DNA from: Takakia lepidozioides
Lineage: Eukaryota; Plantae; Bryophyta
DNA: 64,000 nucleotides
NCBI GenBank assembly: GCA_030704615.1
Contig: CM060733.1
Coordinates: 44,578,001-44,642,000 of the forward strand
Direction of reading: 5' to 3'
Shown one piece after another: positions 23,034 through 36,332 of this stretch. Under the pieces are notes generated by a model. The model did not search any database. It saw only the letters and a program-made list of their open reading frames with translations, and was not told the DNA's origin. The number at the start of each line of letters is the position of its first letter. Position 1 is the stretch's first letter. The translations under genes and the position numbers were made by a program.

Positions 23034-26000
23034 TCAGAGGTCAAAACTGACAGAGTGATAGCTAAACGCAACTTTGTGCAAATTGTAGTGTGTACTGTTG
23101 AAGGCTCGGCATTGTTCAGCAACACTCGTCTGGAGACCGTCAGGCCCACAAACCAATACCCCCACATTTGTACCTGCCACCTGTCGCTTTGCGCACATCT
23201 CAAATAGCTCTGTGACACCAACAAACATGCATTAGATGGTATTGAGAAAGACTCTGCCATCAGCTAGCAACCTATTGGATTTCTTCGCAAAAGACGCTTC
23301 AAAAAGCATAGCTAACATAAACTGGATCTGGACAATGGTTTTGTGCACATGAACTAGAATCAACCTGGAAATCACCCAAGAATTTTGTGTTCGTGTGAGA
23401 GAGTCAGGAAGAGAGAGAGAGAGAGAACCTTTCATGTTGGGCCTATACCCAAAGTGTGTGTTAGCTGGATGCACCAATCTATCATTGACACCACTCTCAT
23501 TGGCAAGCATATTTCCATCATCTTCCACATTCAAGAGCAGTGGAGCAGTCTTCGATCCATCCACCTTAGAGCCCACATCATTTCTGTTCCTTCCCCTGCT
23601 AGATTGGTCCCAAGCCTTCCACAATGCAATTGCAATGCCCCCAAAAAGCACGACACCTAATACCATGCTTACTACAACTAGGACACCCCTCACCCACCAC
23701 GGAACCACCACATAGGTATTGTGGTCACGAGGTTCCAAATAATAATGTCCTATGAAACATGTAACAATAATGTATCCGAGTATTGAGGCACCCAGACACA
23801 TGCTGACCCACAAATTACTTCCTGAGCCGACTACAACAGATATTGGCTTCTTTGACGCCTCTACGTCGTACAGAGAGGAAAGGATGGGGGAACTCTTGAA
23901 AGTGTCAAGATGTTGAGGCTCACTTTGCAAACTGGGCTCCAGTTCTTGAGTAACGAATACATGCACATTCAGACAAAGCTTCAGATCATAACCAGGACAA
24001 ATTGATGAGGGAGAAACCAGGTCAAGGAGGTGAAGTTCTTGGGACGTTTTGACAGCCCAGATTAAATTTATGTCATTTGGAAGAGAGGCCTCCTGCCTTT
24101 GGTACCGTTGGAGCAGGTCGCGAAGGATGGCCACAAAAGGCGACACGCCAATGCCTCCTGCTACTAGCATCAGGACTTCATACCTGCCCACATCACCCGA
24201 TGTGCCTGTCACCAATCCACACCTGCAGCTCTCCATAATTCACCTAAGCTACGTCTCCTAGTTTTGAGGACAGTCATCCTAGACCTCAGGGATTGACTGC
24301 TGTATCGAAGTCAATGCATTGAAGTGCAAGAATGTACATATCCAGCATCTACAGATGGTGATGATTAAGAGTACCTGACAAGAAACTCACACAGTTAACA
24401 ATGTCAAACTTGTAAAGCACCACATGTAATGCTCTATACCACTCTCAGCCTGCTAGTGTAAGCATATCTGCATAACTTAGGATTTAAATCTATAGTCAAA
24501 AAACTGCAAGCCTCCAGATATATCCGTAAAGACTACATCTTAAGCTCATTTGTCAATATGCCAGAAAGGCGAAAAACTCACTCAAAGAAGTAGTTGGATT
24601 CATGACCATAGGGACCCTCCACAGCCATCTGCAGAGCAAAGGGGCAGGGTGCTGGTTTCACTGCAGCAGTTACTGCATGTTTCAGCTTGTCACTCCATTC
24701 CCCAAGAGGTTTCACCAGCAACTTCAGTTGGTCATCGCCATCATAAGGGCTGGAGGACACACTGAAGGGATGCCACTGCAGTGATGAAATTCCCGGGACA
24801 TTAAGGAAAACAAAGCTCAAGGCATGATACTTCATACCTGAAACAATGAGAAACCAGCCTCAGTTCATTTTTCTCATCATTTTTCAGTCATCAATCAAGG
24901 ACATCCTGTGATGTTGCTTCTGTGTGAACAGAAGTCAAGTAGCACTCACAAAACACTTCAAACAGGTAATTAACACATAGCCATGCCAAACCAGCACAGG
25001 TCCTCTTAAAGTCCTACTGTGACTGCTTGATATTAGTGCATTGTCAGTAGTTGACACATTGATAGCACAGGGATAGCACATAGGGTTTACAGTTATCAGT
25101 AGGAATGCATGGTAGAACTCTGTTATGTGTGGGTGTGGGTGGGAAAGGCAGGTGGAGTAACAACACTTTATTTCCAATTGCCTTGAGGCTATAGCCCCAC
25201 CCCTTGGTTTTAGTGGAGCAGAAAGAGCGGGAAGAGAGAGGAAGGGCCAGAGAAGGCCCGTGGATTCCCTTTTCTGAGCTCATTTAACCTACTGTACAGT
25301 TGACAACCAACTCTTGGTTGGAGAGAGAGAGATAGAGAGAGAGAGATTGACTCATAAGACGTTGTTTGCCGTAGCCTTGTGGCCATTGACCCCGCGCCCA
25401 GTTTGAGCGGGAACAAAAGGCGGTCCTGTTTCCAAGATATAGAGTCGATTAACTTAGGATATCTGGTGTTGGGCATATGTTGCAGCTGACCCCACCATCT
25501 GACCTTGAATTCATCTCGTCGGGAGCTTAAGGACGGAATGCCAAACTCACCCCGATCAGCCACATTGGCTGTTTTGGGAGCATGCTGACATACACTCCTT
25601 AAGCACCCCCACTTGAATGGATTCTAGAGACTTAGCCTGGTTGGAGTTATCAACCCATACAGCAGATCCGTACTCCAAGGCAGGTCTAATAACGCGACAA
25701 AGCATGGTTTTCTTAACCTCAGAGTTGACCCCTCTGCAGTGGAAAAATTTAGTGAGCCCCAGAGCTTTGCCCTTGCCAGTTTGAACAACTTTCCGGATAT
25801 GTGCATCCCAATTACAATTGGAGGAAAACTCAACGCCCAGGTAAGTGTAGGAAGGGAGGACCGGGATCTCTTGGCTACCCCACTGCCACTTAAGATCACT
25901 TCCTCCCTCTCCTCTTTCGTTGAATGCTACCACTGCACATTTGCTGACATTAGCCTCTAGCCCCCAAAGATCAAAGTATCTCTTTGCGCAATCAATCAAC

Positions 26001-29000
26001 TACTGGAGATTGGTTGGAGTCTCCCCTATGCCTGCGAAGTCATCCGCAAACCTAAGGGCTGGTATGGTGGTATCACCCACCCTTAACCCAAATCCCCCAC
26101 TTTCCACATCCTCGAGGAGTTGATTGATGACAACATTGAAGAGCAGAGGGGAGAGAGCATAGCTAACCTTGGTCTATGTCAAAGAAGTTGGACTTCTGTC
26201 CGTTAACAGTGACACAGCTTTTGGTGTGAGCATACAAGTTGTGGACAACTCTCCACATCTTTCCCTTGATCCCACAAGACCAGAGGCGGAACCATAGTCC
26301 ATCTCTCCACACTGTGTCATAAGCCTTTTTGACATCCAGGAAAAAAACATAAGTGGGTTTCCCTTCTTTTTTCCTTCCCTGGATAATCTGGCTTAGAGTG
26401 AAGATATGATCCACACAGCCCCTGTTTCGCCGAAAGCCAGCTTGGCCTTCGTGGAAACAACCTCTAGACTCCAGATCAACCTCGAGACGAGTACTTATAA
26501 CTCTGCAGAATGTCTTGCCAACAGCATTGAGGAGCGTGATGCCACGGTAGTTCCCCGGTTCTTCTCTGTCACCCTTCTTGTATAGATTGACAATGACCCC
26601 CTGTCGCCAGCGAAAGGGGATCATTTCAGTCTTCCAGATAAGGTTAAAGAGGAGAACTAGGGCCTCTATCATGGGATCGCCACCGTGCTTGATAAGCTCG
26701 TTGACAATACCATCAGGTCCACCAGCTTTATATCCATTTAAATGTTCAATTGCTTCCACAATCTCAGAAGAACTAATGGGAGCGTTATAAGCCATTGAAA
26801 TATACTCCAGTTCATCAGGGCTGTTTTGAATCATAGGAACAGTTTGTCCAACAATGTCCCTCCATTCAGCAGAAGACCCCTCACTGTTAGACCTAGAAGT
26901 TCTGCCAAGGATACTGTAGTGATTTTCAAAGGTTTTGACAATGTCAACCGATGAGGTCACCACTGCACCTTTAGTAGTCTTCAGCGCTTGTACTTGCTGA
27001 CCGTTTTTAGGCTTATACAAACGTTGAAGGGCCAACCAGAATTTCTTGTCATTACCACCATGGTGGTTTGAGTTTATTTCACTGTATAACTTGTCCCAGT
27101 ATAATTTCTTCTGAGACCTAACAAGCTGATTGATATCTTTACGGAGCTGGTAGTACCTCGCCCACAATTCTCTGTTGGTTTTCAAATTGCAGCACTCTTT
27201 ATAGAGAGAGAGAGAGAGAGAGAGCAGCCAAGACTGAGGCAGGAATAGAATCTTTCTCACTTGTTGGCTTGGCCAGTGCCAGTTCATAAGTGCCACATGG
27301 TAACAACTTGGCAGACAGTACACCAACAGAACTCCTCGACTGGCAGAACCGGAGGAAGCGATCAAACATGAAGAGAAAAATTCCGCTGAAAGCCAAAGAA
27401 AAGATGAAGTCCCCCACGTGTAGCGCCATGAATATCACAAACACAATGTACAGCTGGTGTGTGTAGAAGAAAAGCTCAAAGAATCGTTGGCGCACCCATC
27501 CAAGTGAGGTTATCCACATAGCAAGCCCTGCGAGCAATGCAATGACTCCTGGCAGGTTTGCTATCCCATGCACTTTCCAGGCCAGTAGCTGCAAACCATA
27601 CAGGTATGTGTGCGAGTGCATGTTAGTGAGAGTTGAGCAAAAATTTGTGCAGAAGAGAGAGAGAAGAATGAAGCTACAGATGGCGTAGCTAAGAGCCCCA
27701 CTTCATTTTGGTGCAGAACATTGAAATGCACACTTCCTTCAGTGATGGCACACACAGACACCACACATGCCTGCGACAAGGGTGCCCATGGGGTGGCCTC
27801 AGCCCAGGACCACTTACACCTTTCGATCTACACTTTTCAAGGAGAAGAGTACCTAGGGTCAGCTATACTTACTTTTTGTATGAGCTGACCTTGAGCATAC
27901 CAAGAAATGCTGTAGGCAAGGCCGTGTGAAGTGAAGATGGCCATCGTGAAGTGGCCCAGCCATACATGGTACTTGACAGCATGTTCAAAGGGGATATCAA
28001 TGGCACGGAGAAGCACGGAGCCACGTGACACAGGGAGGAAGAGCAGGTTCAAGCAAATAATGCCCACAAAGCCAAGGCGCAGCCCCAGATGCTTGAGCTT
28101 TGCAATCCACCTGGTAGGCATCGCCAATGTGCATATATAACACAGATTTATATCTAACCAAACATGAAACACACACAATCTTTCCTATTATCTAGAACTC
28201 ACAACAGAACTATTAACTAGCTGCCATCCCTAAACTCATAACACCAACATTGGCTGGCTGCAGAGCCTCCAGACTTTCCATTTTTTGAAGTAAGGTGGTC
28301 TAATTGTGCAACAGTTCGCATACGGAACTGTGATCACCCTAGGTACTTCTGCTCAAATATGCCAAAGAGTTACATAGCAATAATCTCTATTGGTTTTAAA
28401 CCTGCTAATTAGAATGCAGTCCAGACTTACGTTGCTATGTATGGTTTCTTCTCGCCGTGGTCAATTGCACTGAAGTCCCGGATAATGTAATTGGCCATTA
28501 TCCAAGTGAAAATTGCCAAGAATACCACAATCCAAAGCAGCTCAGCAGCTGACACAACCCCTAGTAGGCCCCGTACCACCACTGGATGATTTTGCAAGCT
28601 TGCTCTCGGACCCATTTTTCGCTTGCCCCCTCTGCATAGTAAAGATATTTCAGTTGAGGGAATCGCGAGTTCAAATGAATGAAGTGGCATTGAATGGACA
28701 TCTTTTAGTCTTGTACAGTCTCATGGGGTTTGATGCAAACATCTCTTTTCTTCCTACACTATCTAACCCAGAGATTGACAAACATATGCAGGCCAGCATG
28801 CCTCATGGCACAGCACAGGTTCCTTAGAGCCATGCCCACACCTGGGGGGTAATCTACATCCAGGTGCACATAATACTTTTAACTATGATGCTGGATGTTT
28901 TTGATGTTGCACAAGACTAGCCTTAAATAGTTTTCAAGGTGAATGATCTCTTTCATCAAGTACAAGCAATGAATCATGCCCATCTCTTAGGAAAGATTCC

Positions 29001-30232
29001 AGACAATCTGAGTGAGTTTGCCAGCAGTGAAATAAGAAGGTTTCAGCGCCGGGGCATTACAGACGATCTCTTCTTGAGGAGATTTCGAGAGAGATGAAGC
29101 CCAGAACCACAAGGATGAAGATGGGAGAGCCCAGCAGCAAAATCATCGAGCCTGTACAAGCCCACCCATCACTTATAACGAAATTGTCTTACAGAGTCCC
29201 CCACAGCCCCCATTGCTGCTACCTCACAAGTTCTTAGTTGGGTTGTTCATTTCTAGGTACAAATACATAAACCACAGAGAATTCCGTCCCTCCATAAGAC
29301 TACAAGTCAAGGCGAGCTTCTATATCAATTAATGATCAAGACTTTCATAATTTAAAAAGTTGAAGACCACCCCCCCCCTGGCATGACAGGCTTACTCCAG
29401 TAGACAACTAGCATTTCGATAAAGGGCCGAGGTTTTCATAAGGGAAATTGTGGAGGGAAGCCTGACATCATTATGATGTGGGTCCCATAAGACAAGCGGA
29501 CCCATGTCTAAATCTGCAGACAGCCGTGAAACCGTTTGCGAGATCTGTAGACTAGTGGCCACCAGTACAGCTAGCTCCAGGATCATTTCTGTCAGCGAGC
29601 CAAAGGTGCTATGCCTAACTTCAAGATCGCTTTTATAAGCCCACTAGCATCAGCGAGGTGTAAGGCATTGCTCGCATTATGGAAGACTTTTGATTACTGA
29701 ATCAACAGAAGAATTCCTGTACTGGTCTCCAAGGAGCACAGCTCGTATCAACATGCTGTTTATCACCAGCTCTTTGACCCAGATCTTGACTGAAGACACC
29801 ACGCTGCGGCAACCCGAAAATCAATAGTGTAATGACACTTACACCTCTCTTAACTTAGTTCCTTGCATATTGTGAGCAACAAATTCTTATCGACTCTCAA
29901 TTTTATTTGCTGATGTGAAGGCAATAAATAGAATTTTCCAAGATCTCTGGAACGTCTAAATTCCCAGAATGACGAACTCGAATGATAAGAGATGAAGATT
30001 TACCAGTGTATCCAAAACTTGCGGTTTTGGTGAGCACTCGCCAGTTCTCTGCAAATCGCTGCATGGAGGGTGTGGGAAATGCGGCTACGACTGCAATCCA
30101 GGATACAAACATCGCGACCATCATCACCCACACTACCCATCCTCCTGCAGCCAACGCGAGGGCTGATGTTTTCTTTCCTCCTTCCTTTGAAAACGACTGT
30201 CCTGCCAAATTGGCCTCATCGGATAACACCAT
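23034..30232 (-). CDS. Ferric reduction oxidase / ferric chelate reductase, FRO6/7-like (8 exons, 757 aa)
   Basis: Exons 30232-30004, 29151-29061, 28631-28431, 28110-27873, 27588-27261, 24837-24582, 24183-23429 and 23209-23034 total 2274 nt in frame. Motifs [12 protein letters not shown]...[25 protein letters not shown]...ALHVG (haem His), [12 protein letters not shown] (FAD), [20 protein letters not shown] (NADPH), GVLVCGP and HSVSFDL*. Start codon inferred. Confidence 0.92.
25347..27200 (-). mobile_element. 5'-truncated non-LTR retrotransposon (LINE, RTE/RTEX-like RT) in FRO intron 5
   Basis: RT motifs [60 protein letters not shown] and YLGVEF, with stops and frameshifts. TSD ATAGAGAGAGAGAGA at 25332-25346 and 27201-27215. 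Confidence 0.9.
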
Positions 30233-31639
30233 CGGGATGGTAACCACCACGGCTAGCGCAAAGAAAGAGCGCACACCCCGATTACCGATTCACATTCCCA
30301 ACAGCACAGCAAAATGTGAGAACATCAGACTTTTCCAAACCCAAGTGGACGGATGCAGCAGCACCCATCTTGTGCTCTCTGCGCTCTTGCGGAGTAAGCA
30401 CAACCTGCAGTTACGATGCAGAATATGGAGAAAGCACATCCAAAAACGAATGTCCCGGCCACGAAAGAATGCATTAGTTCCACTGGAAGGTGCCGCGTGG
30501 TCTGCGGTTCCACGCTGGAGGCTGCGCGTTGACACAATACGCTCCCCACACTTCTGCCTCCTCCATCCTCACCTTGCTGCGTGCTTCTCGTGGTACTTAC
30601 TCTGAAGTGCCCGAGGTGTTCACACCCTTTTGTTTGTCTCCACATCTCAAATGTGCCATGTTGGCACGGCATTTGAGAGCCTCGATACTGTGCATCCGTT
30701 GATCGATGTGGCGCATCCAGGTCCTACGTTGGTGCACGCATCCACACACACTGTGTATGCGATGCAGTTCAGGACACTTCTCGCATTCGTTGGAAAGTAC
30801 CCGAGTGTGCGGCTGCCCTCGCTTTCCTCCCGTCCTCGCACTCCCAATCATCTTCTCTACTGGATCTTTGCCTGTCCCGACAAGCGGGACGGAAGCACCC
30901 AAATGACCCAATTGCTTGCGAGAGACAGAGAGATCCCGTTGGAAGGGCCCACCTCCGCTTTTCACAGTCCTACGTACCTGGTCACTCTCAACACAAGAAA
31001 GGGCCCCAACGTCCCGAGCGACAACGGACATTCCTTCCTTTCCTACCCCCGAACGTCACGTGATGGCATCAGCACTAAGTTTTCTTTTATGGTATTGTTG
31101 GCTCTCTTGTAGAGAGACTTTGCGGAGACATGCAAGTAAAGGGAGAGTGACGACTTATGAGAACAATGTCTTTTTTGTTGGAAATATATTTCATTCAAAA
31201 AATAATAGGAACAATGTAGCCTTGTGGAAAAAAAAAAGTATTGAAACAACCCACGCTAAATCCTCCCGCATTGCCTACAGCAGTTAAAAGGTGTTTGTTT
31301 ACCTTCCACAGGAAAGGCAGTAACGATTCAGGACGAAGTTACACCATAAGTCACTAGGTTGTACTAAGCAAATCTTAAGAAATATGTTGGTTTTAGACTT
31401 GTTAATCTTTTTGAGTATAACTTTCCACCACAATATATATTTCAACTTTCAAAATAAAGCAAAGTATAGTTTGTTCAATATCCATTGAATTTACAGAGCC
31501 TACCGCCTGGCTGTTGAGTATTTTTCTGTTAGAGGTGGATGAAGTGCCCAATGCCATGCCATTTTCTACCCATTATAATCACTCTTGGACAAGTACGTAG
31601 GACATGAGTTTAAACAACCCATGATTTGTTTGATCTGTA

Positions 31640-32707
31640 TGAAGACCACGTTTACTTCACCTTGGGGGACATTTGCCTACACATGGATGCCCTTTGGTTT
31701 GTGCAACGCACCCCTGACATTTCAAAGGATCATGACATATGCCTTCTCAGACATCATAAGGAGGAATCATCTTTTTAGATGATTTTTGTTGCAATGGAGA
31801 TGTGAAGGATCACGTTGCAGCACGACAGGAGTGCTTCACCCGGTGCAAAGAAAACGGGATCTCTCTCAACCCAATGAAGTGCGTGTTTGCAGTCACACAT
31901 GGACTGCTACTAGGGCACATAGTGTCCAAAGATGACGTGGTGACAGGCCTAGCAAAGGTGAGCGTCATAGTCAAACTTCCCGCACCAGAGACATCTTCTA
32001 AAGTGAAAGGGTTCCTTGGCCACACAGGGTGGGATAGGAAATTTATGGACAAGTATGCAGTAGAGGCCTTACCTCTGACTCGATTGTTGAAGAAGGACCA
32101 AGTATTTTCCTGGGACACCGGATGTCAGGGAGTCTTTTGAAATGCTCAAGCAACGTTTGGTGTCTGCCCCATTATTGGCGGCTCCGGATTGGAACAGGCC
32201 TTTTCATGTGAGCGGGATTGGGACATTAAGTTGATCTCGACCTTGTGGGCATAACGCACGACCCATAACGTAACTACTCGACATACCCCCTTTTCATTGG
32301 TTTATGGGGTAGAGTCCATTATACCAATCGAGACAGAAATTCCATCGTTACGACTGGCCATCACCGAATGACTGGCGACATCCGAGTCATTAAAGAAACG
32401 ACTTAAGATATTGGAGGGACTGGATGAACTCCGGCAGGCGGCAACACATCACATTAAGACAATGCAACGACAAAGGAAAGTTCGCTTCGATTTTAAGCAC
32501 AAAAAGAGAATCTTTGATCCAGGAGATCTGGTATTATTATTCGACAGTCGGAATGAGGAGTTCAAAACCAAGTTTGACTCATATTGGATGGGACCATACT
32601 TAGTCAAGACGGTCTTTGACAACGGCTCATTACAATTGGAGACACTGAGGGGAGTGGAGTTCCCCAACCTGGTAAACGGTGCCCGGTGTAAGCACTACTA
32701 CATGTAA
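31640..32707 (+). mobile_element. Deleted Ty3/Gypsy pol fragment (RT end joined to integrase end)
   Basis: KTTFTSPWGTFAYTWMPFGLCNAPLTFQR, LNPMKCVF...LLGHIVS, then directly WDIKLISTLWA...TPFSLVYG...FDPGDLVLLFDSR...WMGPYLV...VNGARCKHY. Confidence 0.85.
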
Positions 32708-35424
32708 GTTCCATTAATCAATGAATTTTCCCCCATTAAGGGAGAGATCTTTAGGATTTCGTCCCAGTTTGTCGGAAGGAAATGTTGGTGTTTCCTATCC
32801 ATTGACTCATTGGTTATTGGAGCTTCATAATGAGGTGGAGTGCGGGGCAATTAAGTTGCAATAATCCAATGAAACTTCTCCACTGGGAAGAAGTCAGTAG
32901 GGCTCTTACCTAATTAGGTTATTGAACACCCTTTCTTGGAGTTCCAAGGATAGATATTGGGATGCGGGACAACGCAGTTGTTTTAAAGAGATGATTTGTT
33001 CTCTAGTATGAATTTTTGGGTAGATATTGGAATCCACAAGGACAGACCTTGGGATGCGGGGCACATAGAATGTCGTAATCTAACCCACGTTGTAAAATTA
33101 GAATTTGTTTGATATGACATAAGCTATGAAAGCTATGACCATCCAATTGTCAAGTAGAAGACTTCATACATCTTCGTTACTAATCACGTGTTGTGAGTTT
33201 CTTTTCTTTCTTCACCAAATGAAGAACCACAGGTGCAGGAATGGGAACAATGGGATGACTAATATATACACTCTTGTTCAATGCACATTGTTGATCATCA
33301 TTTGTCTTTATCACAGAATATATTTGTGTTTGCTCAAGCATATATCGAAAAAAAAAAAATGCTTGTTGTATCAAGCATTTTGCAATATATTGATGATCCC
33401 TGCATGGAGCACTGCGACTTCCCGCACGGGGATTCTAACCTTAAAACTTCTGTCATTTTCACCTTACCCCGCTGTAACATTCCTCATAAAGAGAAAAAAA
33501 CCAGAAGCAGTGAGGGGGTAAAGGGTGAGTTGTAGAGCAGTGGTTGCTGCCCCCCTCACATGAGTGAAGGGGGTCAGGCGCAGGAAAACCCAGAAAGGCC
33601 TATGACCTCTTTTCAGTAGATAGAATGATACGTTATTTCCAGAGTATGGTCCTCTGAGGTTCAAAAAGGATCCAATCATTTCAAGGTCAAAAATATGAGC
33701 TCTGCGAAATCCATGAGACGTCCCTGCGAGTCATAAACATAGTTAGACTGTAGTTAGAATTGGTGCGTTTACTTTATAGGTAGGGTCCTCGGGTATCCAA
33801 TCTTTTCTATTGACACGGGAGCCACTGATTATGACTCCCAGAAGCATCATGTTTATGAGCTTTTTTAAACCCTTCCAGATTTGAGTTGAGGTCGTAGTTC
33901 ACATTGAGTATTTTACCATGAGCTTTGCAAATCTAGGAGAGGTCCTTGCAAGTCATGTCAAAGTAGTGTAGAACCAAAGTCCTTCCAAGGCTATTTTAGA
34001 ATAGAATCATCAATTCGCACCGCGCATATCTCTCTTACATCTTGGGGATTCAAACCCAGTCTGGTGGGGGAGAATGGTGGTTTTGAAGTATTTTTTATCT
34101 GGGAACTCCAACTCTCTCCGAAGAGGGTGAGTTGGGTGGTTTTGAAACATTTATTAGTTTTTTCTTTTATTTTCCTTCCACTCTCCCGGAAGACTTGAAC
34201 TCTCTCCGAAGAGGAAGAGCCTAGGAGAAATTATTCTTCATCTTTTTCATGTTACTCAACGGAGTCGTTGACTCCAAGGGATATCACGGATACCGTAGTA
34301 GGGGGATTTTGCGAATCAGAGATCATGGATTCTCTTACACTCGGGACGAGTGTTCCCCATTGGTCGCCATATATGTAGATGCATATATTGGTACAACTTT
34401 CTTTTCAGATCGTTTTTTATCATAAGACAAGCGGTTTCGGCATTGTACTGCCAAAATATGATAGTTTATTAGTTATCTGGAAATCGTTGGTAAAGCACGT
34501 AGGAAATTAGACAGTGTCTGCGACGACCGAAGAGTAGAGCTCTGGCGTCAAGATGACCGTATGAAGCTGCATCGACAGTAGGTTAGGCTGTCAATTCGGT
34601 ACTAGAAATGACAAGGTAATCATGTTCAAACAATACATGACGACTGTTCTAGTCCCAAATTGCGATCTCTCTTTTCTCCCGCCTTTCAAGTCCAGTAAGA
34701 ACACACGGCGAGGAGCTTGGCAATTGGAAGAAGCAACATGTCCAGCGATGAAATATCGCAACAAAGCGAAAGGCTGCATCGAAACGACAGCAGGTCAGGA
34801 CGACTTCAAACGGCGAAGCGTGGACTTGTTAAGCGGTGTGAGACAACTGGAGGGGACTCCGGACAACCTATGATCCAGTGGCAAGGTCAAAGACCCCAGA
34901 GCCACCACTAGGGATTTGATTTCCCAAAATACAACAAAATCTCTATGTAGCGAAATTACGACGAATGGAAATGAGCAACTTTTTACCACCGATGGACCTG
35001 AGAATTTACGGGCTGATACGGGGTATATAATTGTAGTTTGTCACCAAGTTTGGTGACATGGCGACGAAAATGCGGCACTATGGCACCCTATTCCTGCTCT
35101 ACGCTAAACTAGCTTCCGACCTTTGGTTGTCGGTAGAATGAACTATATCTGTAAGATTTTATATCCCGTTTTCATCGTTGTTTTCATTGTCATTTTTCAC
35201 ACGCATGTAATGTAACATCACGTTCTCAATAATAGATCATATAGTTAATATACAATATAAAAAAGAAATACATATATTAAATAGATATATTCACAATATA
35301 TTAAATCTAACCTACAAATCTATCTATGTATATAAATAAATAAATATGTTACTGAAACAATGTACTGCAACTATAACTCGACGTTGTAACCAATATGGCA
35401 GTAATTTGATTTCATTCATAACCT

Positions 35425-35733
35425 CATGTTCCGGTTCTATCAAAAACTTATAATCAAAGAACCTCCAGTTCTAGGTTTTTCATATATATTTTTATGGAAA
35501 GAACCCTTTGGTTTCGGTTGAAAATAAGAATCTCAAAGAACCGGCGGTTTTCACCTAATAACCGACGGATCTTTTTTGGATTTCAGACAAGTTATTTCAA
35601 AACTATGTAGCCGGTGGTCATGAGCCATTGTCGGTTCTTTGTTTTTATGAAATCTGCGGTTATTTATCCACATAATATTCTTGATAATCGCTGGGGGTTT
35701 GTAATTGAATCAAAGAACCTCCCAACATTAGTG
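35425..35733. mobile_element. hAT-MITE-like remnant (mirror copy at ~42032-42340)
   Basis: GAACC/GGTTC subterminal repeats ending AACCTCCCAACATTA, similar to the TIR of the 55734 MITE. Confidence 0.45.
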
Positions 35734-35794
35734 GCTCATATAAATTAGTGGTTCATAGAAATTTTAGATACATTCATTATACAACATGTCAATG

Positions 35795-36090
35795 AGCATC
35801 TGCGACCCACAGGGGTCACAAAATAATTGCGACGTTTTGGAGCAATCTGCGACGCCTAGAGGCTAGGGGGTCGCAAGGAGTCGCAGAGGTCACAAAACTT
35901 TGTCATACCGACCCTTAAGCGTCGCAAAAAAAAATAAGGTTTGTTTTTGCAAATCAAGCGTCGCAGATTGGCCCTCGGTGGTTTCGTTGCAATCTGCGAT
36001 GCCTGGGGTGTCGCAGATTGGGCCCAAACGGTTTCATCGCAGACTTTGCAGTCTCCGGGGCGTTGGGCATCGCAGACCCCCTCCAAATGT
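35795..36090. repeat. TGCGAC/GTCGCA subterminal-type repeat cluster (mirror at ~41665-41970)
   Basis: Many direct and inverted TGCGAC hexamers, typical of CACTA subterminal regions. Confidence 0.55.
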
Positions 36091-36148
36091 AGGAGTGAAT
36101 GGAATTGTTCCTTGCATGATTCCTACTACGTCCAAAAAGAATTTCATC

Positions 36149-36332
36149 CAAAAAAAATAAAAAATGGACACGTTGCCGAAGCAAGCGTAATTTATTGTGT
36201 CACTTGACCCCATAGGACTATTGCCTTCCGGTGGGAAGGTGGACACCGTAATGACTTCCAACAAGTGGATTGAACCCACAACCACTCGTGAGAGGGTATG
36301 TGCCATTACCACTGGGCTACATACTGATTGTC
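36149..36332 (-). mobile_element. tRNA-derived SINE with 11-bp TSD
   Basis: A-box TAGCCCAGTGG, B-box GGTTCAATCC and a T-rich tail. Perfect TSD AGAATTTCATC at 36138-36148 and 36333-36343. Confidence 0.85.

Noticed and set aside
26163-27365. 400-aa ORF as a FRO-RT fusion protein
   Set aside because: Its 5' part is an alternative frame over FRO exon 5 and the microsatellite, reading by chance into a truncated LINE whose RT has downstream stops.
1351-30232. LOH2, HHO and FRO as a functional nutrient gene cluster
   Set aside because: Unrelated pathways separated by TE tracts; nothing in the sequence supports co-regulation.
29982-31112. Plus-strand ORFs of 160-207 aa
   Set aside because: Antisense to FRO exon 1 and its promoter, with no domain features.
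36149-36332. tRNA gene
   Set aside because: A/B boxes are present, but there is no full cloverleaf, and it has a non-tRNA body, tail and TSD, so it is a SINE.
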